Shown: one piece after another, positions 59,201 to 64,000 of the stretch
Layout of the letters: every line of letters starts with the position of its first letter
How positions within the stretch are numbered: position 1 is the first letter of the stretch
IMG/VR virus record: IMGVR_UViG_3300035666_000002
Length of the DNA stretch: 64,000 nt
Direction: 5' to 3' (one strand)
DNA from: a virus
Notes under the pieces: model-generated
Seen by the model: only the letters and a program-made list of their open reading frames with translations
Told to the model about the DNA's origin: nothing
The model's database searches: none
Position numbers and translations under genes: made by a program

Positions 59201-59333
59201 TAGATAAAATAGTTTGTAATTGAGTCAATTCTCTAGCCTGAACAGCATATCCAGGTCTAAATAGAACCCTTAAAAAATTCTTATCTTCATCAAAATCGTC
59301 GTAGTATGGGTCGTAATTGAAAAGCGTAGTCAT
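53205..59333 (-). CDS. Large virion structural protein (DUF4815 / VrlC-like)
   Basis: PYYDDFDEDKNF.RVLFRPG.AVQARELTQLQ; LARRTYDESG.Y; NRRYTM.DI; DPLAQTF; F..FAIKIVL...P.VRDLR.IA. Confidence 0.9.
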   Translation of the reverse strand: MTTLFNYDPYYDDFDEDKNFLRVLFRPGYAVQARELTQLQTILSNQIEKFGNHIFKSGSPIIGGRISLDRKANYIILQNQYSGVDIDLNDFRDKTIVSYNSSKLVRAKVIATDTTGGLSILVIKYLSGEKFAEGDELRVFGQDIFAVLRGTNATGGSFVASIQEGVYYFKGQFVKVVPQFLIIESFYRIGSSSTVNVLPSYKIGIEFEENIVDEIDDTSLLDPAQGSFNYQAPGANRFQVTTTLSKRTLDSADTSTFFEIIRLVEDVKTKEIEYPIYSEIEKTLARRTYDESGNYTVDPFVISLEEGDQANGKFDVVLDPGKAYVGGYEFQTIAPSRIKVDRAREVANVNDFDLPTNYESSVVLANVRNTLDITTFPQLDIHCVPHESIQITTASKYNSTKIGTVYAHMIRYNDSTDSSNGNTHTFTTYLFGANNVPVTGTLAASGSSPTTIAIPTTFSSTLTTNAYANMYFRITDSGGSSLSPILITSSNTVTLNLSSSLPFIPASNTFSIESDFTAAESLVANGGLYIAFAGNIDADSKSTSTGFASINEQARASLIFNPRQTAIKANTISDMDFYVRKKYSGVTVAATGKFTVTATSPDTFAFSSGSGVISDSLIRDNIICFVRSDSTSNAQLGITANTVLALSNDNFTVTSIGTNSFEVDLKTEDTIRVDLLVTTKINNAENATTGVTKKKQLVPISDTLHDLIPYEMNTSGTQGTDVLYSANTSGETTSFAGGMVFKSIGATNFTESSILTDLRTPGKVVSLQVPDVYEIVGIFDSKNTTSNVTSAMLTNTAYDVTERYEFDTGQRKTHYDHATIKLKRGFSAPTGRIFVQYRYFKQLTVFSGLFTVDSYAQGSNINYDDIPSFNDKENNNILSLRSAFDFRPYKAIGGTTLSGALNPEPLENIEMSYDYYLPRIDRVIVKSGGEFAVVKGQAAVQPLPPVVDVKDMLIYTLTIPAYTENVKDIRADFKNNRRYTMQDIQNFEDRIRGLEYYVSLNALEKSAADAKILDNNGLERAKYGILVDNFTNKELVQDTTTFDNRNLLDNGTLYPASLMRTVKLQAITSSFTGSTKTIGTGSKKAHILSYTSSNFAQQQYFTKSIPVAQALFANFKGVTKLFPEFTGDVDTGVTAKVTLNSTQGVENAFNFVNQAFKYISDNVPQWRDDKNSPFAQIIDSKWYQTRNQTIVSDVGWKSQGFGFLTTTNELTFAKAGTEFSQKQISTSSSQVDVGTFVTDLAIQPYMKPKRIVFSSVGLRPSTRMYSFFDDVDVNKYVVVPNRVTLNVNTRLTNGETILIANTYADLVANVASLVAGGSSFKTGTIVMSEIGSANVSIINENATINLSGKFVYGVDSGNVYSISSVNDHRSGVTRGITATEITLASDAPSYNISSNTLYLIHKSNNEIGVGASFNVINYNTTTKVATVSGASAYAGQEYVYSFGNNNTNKLGQIGGALYIPEATFRSGQRNFRVTESFNNTYDADAISFADKVYTSSGITVNKTTLVDTVLNVDVDSKIVGALTSEKIIGTRELSTVFTAVNRDPLAQTFFVDVEKYPYGLFLDSMDLFFRAKDDENIPVIVQIRPTINGAPSSDYWYPESVVVKYPSEINISDNPSVSTTATATNFKFDFPVYLKPGLYAFVVLTDSNDYTIWGAEKGSTTTNNEFVDKQPYVGTLYKSQNSMEYVPFMNEDLMFRLNRCVFSTSSATYAFENQATPSLYYVDKFKLMETSIIPSAGVTNLNYSIVTTPVTGSKETTYRPITPYVTYMMAEDDIYAVGNRRKKIGSKNDWTLKATISTTNDAVSPIISEESLFLNVWENFLDNGEITSDDFTIIAPGSKYSNANLISVTSSTGSGANANVTVDANGNVVGIYVTSSGSGYLDDFTISYYTHPTTPATIVLNSEFDSSGGPCLARYITKPIKLADGYDAGDLRVFLSANKPGISEVSVYYKVLSDSDGTEFADRPYEKMVCINPTTTPSPDLTTYREYEYRPSATVNQVTYTGSNGVTYDSFKTFAIKIVLTSTDPAIPPSVRDLRIIATPAE

Positions 59334-59343
59334 TTATTCCTCG

Positions 59344-60669
59344 TTAGAAACTCAATATGAAACGGATTCTTTCCGTTTGTGAGGGGTCTCTTGTTACAGG
59401 CAATTTATCTGATATGTATAAAACTTTTCCAGAGTATAATTCGAGAGAAGGATTTGTTACAGAGTTAACAACTCGAATCGCACCTGAAGATATGCCTTTA
59501 ATTGATTGATTTACACCTAAGGTGCCTTTTACATTATTCAAGTATAAGAAATTTTCTACATCATCAAACGATATAACATCTGCGGTAAAAGTGCTCGTAG
59601 AAATGTCTGTTCCTTGATAAACGACTTCATCCGAAGAGAAGTCTCCAACTCCAGGAGAAACTTTAACTTTCGTATATAAACTATAGGTATTACTTGTAGC
59701 TAAGGTTGTGGTTCCTCTTAAATAAGGATTTTGAATCAGTGTTATTTCTCTGAAATCATTGTTGGTGGGTATTAACCCAGATTCATCTTCTTCAAAGTCA
59801 ACGTTGAATAATATTGTAGAAGCTCGCAACTCATAAACAGGATCATAACCATGACCATCGACAGGAGATATTGAAACTGTAGCAGCAGCATCAGAACCAG
59901 AACCACCAACAACATCTTGAAAGCTCAAGTTCGCATAAGTGTAATTTGTTCCTCTATTTTGTATAATAATGTTAACAACTTTTCCATCCGAAACATTTGC
60001 TTTTAATACAGCACCAGTTCCGTCACCCGATATGTTTATGATGGACTGTGTTGCACCATTAGTATAATTATTTCCAGAATTTGTTATATGTACAATATCA
60101 ATTGAACCGGGTTCGGCTGCTGCTCTAACGAATTTATTAAAAACTGTAGGCATCCATTCTTCAGTCAAAAACTTTTGTTTTTGAATCGAGGTTAGAGTGA
60201 ACATATATTTCCATTTATAACCGTCTTCTGTCTGAACGAAAGGCTCTTCTAATGAAGTTGTGGAAAGGCTGAGTTCGGGTTCACTTGTAGATAAAGCTCC
60301 AGAATTGTTGGATAAACATTTAAAAACTTGATCTTTGGATGTTAGAACATAAAAATTAGTATTTGATGTATACGTATTATAAATTGTACTATTAGCCCAA
60401 TTTATTCTTGGAGCAACGAGAGAAGCATTCTCAATGGAAAGTCTTTTAGCAGCAATTGCCGTTTTATAAACATCATTTAGATAGGTTATAGTGTCAGAAG
60501 GAGTTCCTGCAACTTCAGTGCCAGCATTCCATCTTAATTGTTTACCCATTAAAGCATAGACATAAGATTTTCTTGGCGCAGGAAGGTAAGAATTTGCTCC
60601 AACCTCTAATAGGTTGTAAACTTGTTTTGCAAGTAAAATCTTGAAGTTTTCTGTTATTATAGATGACAT
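59344..60669 (-). CDS. gp8: Baseplate wedge subunit
   Basis: PRINW; FYV...VFKCLSN; DGYKWKYMF; GHGYDPVYEL; SGKVLY....P.TR...QTE.I..IL.F. Confidence 0.92.
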   Translation of the reverse strand: MSSIITENFKILLAKQVYNLLEVGANSYLPAPRKSYVYALMGKQLRWNAGTEVAGTPSDTITYLNDVYKTAIAAKRLSIENASLVAPRINWANSTIYNTYTSNTNFYVLTSKDQVFKCLSNNSGALSTSEPELSLSTTSLEEPFVQTEDGYKWKYMFTLTSIQKQKFLTEEWMPTVFNKFVRAAAEPGSIDIVHITNSGNNYTNGATQSIINISGDGTGAVLKANVSDGKVVNIIIQNRGTNYTYANLSFQDVVGGSGSDAAATVSISPVDGHGYDPVYELRASTILFNVDFEEDESGLIPTNNDFREITLIQNPYLRGTTTLATSNTYSLYTKVKVSPGVGDFSSDEVVYQGTDISTSTFTADVISFDDVENFLYLNNVKGTLGVNQSIKGISSGAIRVVNSVTNPSLELYSGKVLYISDKLPVTRDPSQTERIRFILSF

Positions 60670-60674
60670 AGTAT

Positions 60675-60682
60675 TATTTATC
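60675..60682 (-). promoter_or_regulatory. Late promoter variant (GATAAATA) 5 nt before the gp8 ATG
   Basis: NATAAATA overlapping the gp7 stop; no Shine-Dalgarno in the gap. Confidence 0.55.
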
Positions 60683-63600
60683 TAACTTTTTGTATGGTAG
60701 CGAAAAGATTACTTCCGTTAGCTTTAAATGTTGTTGTCGTTATTATTGTATTAGCATTTACAGAATTAGCTTTTGCATATTCAACCAAAACAACATTAGC
60801 ATTTACTTGTGTGGAAGAGACATTTAATATTGAACTTACGATTGCAACATTAGCATTTGTAACTTCTCTAACTGTAACTGTGTTTCCGGTGGAAAGATAT
60901 AGTGTATCTCCTTCTTGAAAATCATTCAAGAAATTAGCAGTTCCTTGATACGAAATAATTATATTTGAACCTGTTGAGACATTAACCGTACCAACAAGTC
61001 TCCTATGAACATTTGACAATAAGATAATATCACCAACATTTACGGTAGTTATCAGATTTGCAGATACATTTGTCGTTGTAATTGTATTTGATGATGCTGC
61101 AATATTATAAGTATCTGAAAGGTCATTTATTGTAATGTATTTTGTCTCATCTGTCGTTGTAATGATTTCTTTATTTTCATCTGTTTTAAAGGTAAATGTT
61201 TTTGTTCCTATTGGATGAACAATTTCATTTAAAGGTTTTTTGAATGTAGCATAATCTTTAGTCGATTTAATAACGTAAGAGAAGTTATGGTATTTTTCAC
61301 CATCTTGCAATCTCTTGTCTGAACTCACTTGACCGTCAGTGTTTAAATAAATTCCTGGATATCTAATCAATCCATTTTCAAATTTTGCAGTTGCTTTTGC
61401 GTTTCCATCTCCGTAGAAAGTTGAGGAAACCACTGTTGCTGAAACAGCATTCAATGCAATAGAGCTATCATATTTTATTAATAGACTATTATTTAAAGTT
61501 CCGACATAATCAAATATTCTTAAAACACCAGTGTCCGGGTCATAGCTATCAACACTCGCTTTGAATGAGAAGTTGGTATTCGAAGTTCCTTGGTATATAA
61601 TAGTGTTTGAAACAAACAATTGCCCAGCTGTAACTCCAGTAACATTTAGGTCCGCATTTCTCAAAGAAACATACGGAGCCGAAACATAATCATATCCATA
61701 ACTTATAACTCGTATTGAAGAAACAGCACCGATCCTTGAAGTTGTCAATCCATAAGACTCACCATCGCCTGCAATTTCTGAAACTGTTAGATTTGCTCCA
61801 GCACCGGCAGCAGACTGAACAGTGATGGCTGGTAATGAATCTCTTTTATAACCCTCACCACCAATAACATACGCATCTTGAGAATGATTGTTAATCGTAA
61901 CTGAAGTTATTACTCCAGCAGAAACGTTTACATAACCATTAGCACCATAACCAGAGCCTCCGGTAAAAATTAGAATATCACCATTCGCATATCCTGTTCC
62001 GCCATTATTAACATCAATTCTACCTATTGAACCTATATTATATAAATCATTTCGATTTATTTTATATACCGAAACGCCTATATCCGAAAGACTTCTAGGA
62101 ATGTCATTCTGAAAATTATCAGAAAAATAAATTCTGTTAGTATCCACATAGGTAATAACTTTGACTTCTTCATAAAGGTTTGGTATAAACAACCTTACAT
62201 AATCTCCTGTTTCCAATGAAAGAGTTAAATCTTGACTTGTATCTTCTATATAATTTGTATTTTTTATTATTCTTCTGGATGACATTATCAATGAATCTGA
62301 TAAATCTTCATTGTAAAAACTGTAAGTTTCTACCGTGGGTCTTGATCGGTATCCACCCCCAGAACCATCTATTGTAATAAAGGATATTGGATGAACATTA
62401 AATGCAGAATAAGTTGAAATGTTTTCTATTGTAGTTGAACGTATTCTAGAAATAGTTCTGCCTGCTTTTTTTAGAGTTAAACCAGACTCGGTTGTGGAAA
62501 AAACAGTATTTGTTCTTATCTGTGTAGTTGAGTTTATCTGATTTACTTCAGTAAGATAAGATCCAACATAAATTGCATCACCAACTGACAATTCAGTTGT
62601 AAATAAAGTTCCTGTTCCCGTAACAATATTGCTGGAAGGAGATATTGCTCCGGTTCCAGTTAATGTTGTATTAGATCCCAATCCATCTAGAGTTGATATA
62701 GCCATGTTAGAAACATTTATAAGTCTGACAGTATCTTCATCAATCAGACCAATAGATGCTTTAGCTTCCGAACCGAAAGGAGAATTTTCAAATCCTCCTT
62801 TGAAATCTACAATTGAAGAATTAGGATAATCTATAGAACTTCTAAACCCGAATCCTCCATCTAAAACAAATATATCAGAAATGCCACCTTTTGTGGTGTC
62901 TCCCACATAAGCTATGGCGCCGATAGGATTAGCTGAGTTGGCATTTAAACCTCCAACAATACTAACTGGATCTCCGTTATATCCAATGTCGGCATCAAAA
63001 CCATTATAGAAGAGACCTCTGTTTGTAGGATTAATTTTTATTTCAGAAAGAGAACCAATAAGCTTACCTGTTACAGTAACGTTTGTTTCTGAATTTTCAT
63101 CATAATAGGTTGCACTTAAAGTTTCTCCTGTCTGAAATAATCGTTCAACATTACTTACATAAGCCTCAATGTAAGTAATACCTAACTGTCGATCTACCGA
63201 TCTAATAACTTTTTCTACAACAGCACTAGATTTAGAAGACAACCCTGTTATTTTTGTTTTTGCGATATTGAAAATATTATTATCATTTGTATCAATACGC
63301 AACGCTAGAGGGAGAATCCATTTTCCATCTGAAGTTTTTAATATGTCTTCTTTTGGATAATATATGTCGATGTTGTCGTTGTAGAGAGCCTTAAATAAAA
63401 ATTTTACTGATTGTGGTGTTCCGCTAGACTTATAAAAATTTGTTACTAATTTTAGAAACAATCTTTTATCATTAACAATATTTTGCGGAAAGTAAGGAGC
63501 TAGATCCTGTTTTAATTTTTCAATATAAAAAGAATCTGAGTAGTCAATATCATTAGAATCAACTAGTGCTTCAACAGCATAATTGACTCTATTAGTTTGC

Positions 63601-63710
63601 TCTAACCATTCATAATATTTTTCCAAAAATGTAACAAATTTTGGATATTCACCTCTTACAAAATCTGGTAATTGACTTTTTACCAGAGTAGAAAGTTTAT
63701 AATTTTCCAT
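60678..63710 (-). CDS. gp7: Baseplate wedge initiator (gp7-like)
   Basis: QLPDFVR.EYP.FV.FLEKYYEWLE; FYKSSGT..S.KFLF..LY; SDGKW; LQDG..Y.NFSYVIKS...VHP.G; lies between gp6 and gp8. Confidence 0.85.
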   Translation of the reverse strand: MENYKLSTLVKSQLPDFVRGEYPKFVTFLEKYYEWLEQTNRVNYAVEALVDSNDIDYSDSFYIEKLKQDLAPYFPQNIVNDKRLFLKLVTNFYKSSGTPQSVKFLFKALYNDNIDIYYPKEDILKTSDGKWILPLALRIDTNDNNIFNIAKTKITGLSSKSSAVVEKVIRSVDRQLGITYIEAYVSNVERLFQTGETLSATYYDENSETNVTVTGKLIGSLSEIKINPTNRGLFYNGFDADIGYNGDPVSIVGGLNANSANPIGAIAYVGDTTKGGISDIFVLDGGFGFRSSIDYPNSSIVDFKGGFENSPFGSEAKASIGLIDEDTVRLINVSNMAISTLDGLGSNTTLTGTGAISPSSNIVTGTGTLFTTELSVGDAIYVGSYLTEVNQINSTTQIRTNTVFSTTESGLTLKKAGRTISRIRSTTIENISTYSAFNVHPISFITIDGSGGGYRSRPTVETYSFYNEDLSDSLIMSSRRIIKNTNYIEDTSQDLTLSLETGDYVRLFIPNLYEEVKVITYVDTNRIYFSDNFQNDIPRSLSDIGVSVYKINRNDLYNIGSIGRIDVNNGGTGYANGDILIFTGGSGYGANGYVNVSAGVITSVTINNHSQDAYVIGGEGYKRDSLPAITVQSAAGAGANLTVSEIAGDGESYGLTTSRIGAVSSIRVISYGYDYVSAPYVSLRNADLNVTGVTAGQLFVSNTIIYQGTSNTNFSFKASVDSYDPDTGVLRIFDYVGTLNNSLLIKYDSSIALNAVSATVVSSTFYGDGNAKATAKFENGLIRYPGIYLNTDGQVSSDKRLQDGEKYHNFSYVIKSTKDYATFKKPLNEIVHPIGTKTFTFKTDENKEIITTTDETKYITINDLSDTYNIAASSNTITTTNVSANLITTVNVGDIILLSNVHRRLVGTVNVSTGSNIIISYQGTANFLNDFQEGDTLYLSTGNTVTVREVTNANVAIVSSILNVSSTQVNANVVLVEYAKANSVNANTIITTTTFKANGSNLFATIQKVR

Positions 63711-64000
63711 CAGACTATTACAGTTTTAACGGTTACACTTGTTGGATCTGCTTCATCTAAAACCAGCATCTTATTTAATTTAGATTGAATAATGTTAATT
63801 TTAGGTTTTATATGTACTAATACATCACCAAAATCATTATTGATTGCTATAGGTTTGAAATCGTTTATGTATATTCTTCCCAAAAAGTAGTCAATAGTTC
63901 CTGTAACACCATTATTTTTATTTTTATTGATAACAACTTTTGTACTTTGACTACTTATTGCATCTATTTTATAGTAAGAAATTCTAATCTGCCCAAATCT
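63710..64000 (-). CDS. gp6: Baseplate wedge subunit, C-terminal part (partial)
   Basis: Manual translation ...GVTGTIDYFLGRIYINDFKP...NIIQSKLNKMLVLDEAD...VIV*, with TGA overlapping the gp7 ATG. GTIDY..G motif and synteny. Confidence 0.8.
   Translation of the reverse strand, partial: RFGQIRISYYKIDAISSQSTKVVINKNKNNGVTGTIDYFLGRIYINDFKPIAINNDFGDVLVHIKPKINIIQSKLNKMLVLDEADPTSVTVKTVIV

Noticed and set aside
1-64000. Stop-codon reassignment, tRNAs, introns, inteins, homing endonucleases
   Set aside because: Core genes are full length in the standard code with TAA, TGA and TAG all used as stops, intergenic gaps are short, and gp17, gp20, gp23, gp46 and uvsW have normal sizes.

Overview
AT-rich 64 kb segment of a T4-like myovirus with a cyanophage/pelagiphage-style gene layout (CobS/VWA pair, peptide deformylase, DUF4815 protein, no gp24 after gp23). 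The host is not identifiable here. Essentially all genes are on the minus strand. In transcription order (64000 to 1) the window holds: baseplate wedge genes gp6 (partial), gp7 and gp8; a DUF4815 structural protein; a large fibre cassette; three tandem collagen-like fibre genes with intramolecular chaperones; a four-gene 2OG-Fe(II) oxygenase / glycosyltransferase / methyltransferase cluster; neck, terminase (with a Dps gene between gp16 and gp17), tail and head genes; uvsY, uvsW, gp55, gp47, gp46; a T4 beta-glucosyltransferase-like gene next to a DruA/DUF4338-like gene; a peptidase-VWA plus MoxR/CobS pair; gp45 and partial gp44. The best candidate for an undescribed system is a phage-encoded collagen maturation pathway (hydroxylation, glycosylation, methylation of collagen fibres), including a glycosyltransferase-TPR-dioxygenase fusion with PLOD3-like domain order. 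Other candidates are a BGT-like plus DruA-like DNA modification pair, a possible terminal-motif docking code among fibres, sigma70 promoters with the -35 box inside hairpin loops, and a perfect-consensus antisense promoter in front of gp55. All family assignments come from motif recognition by eye; no database searches were run.
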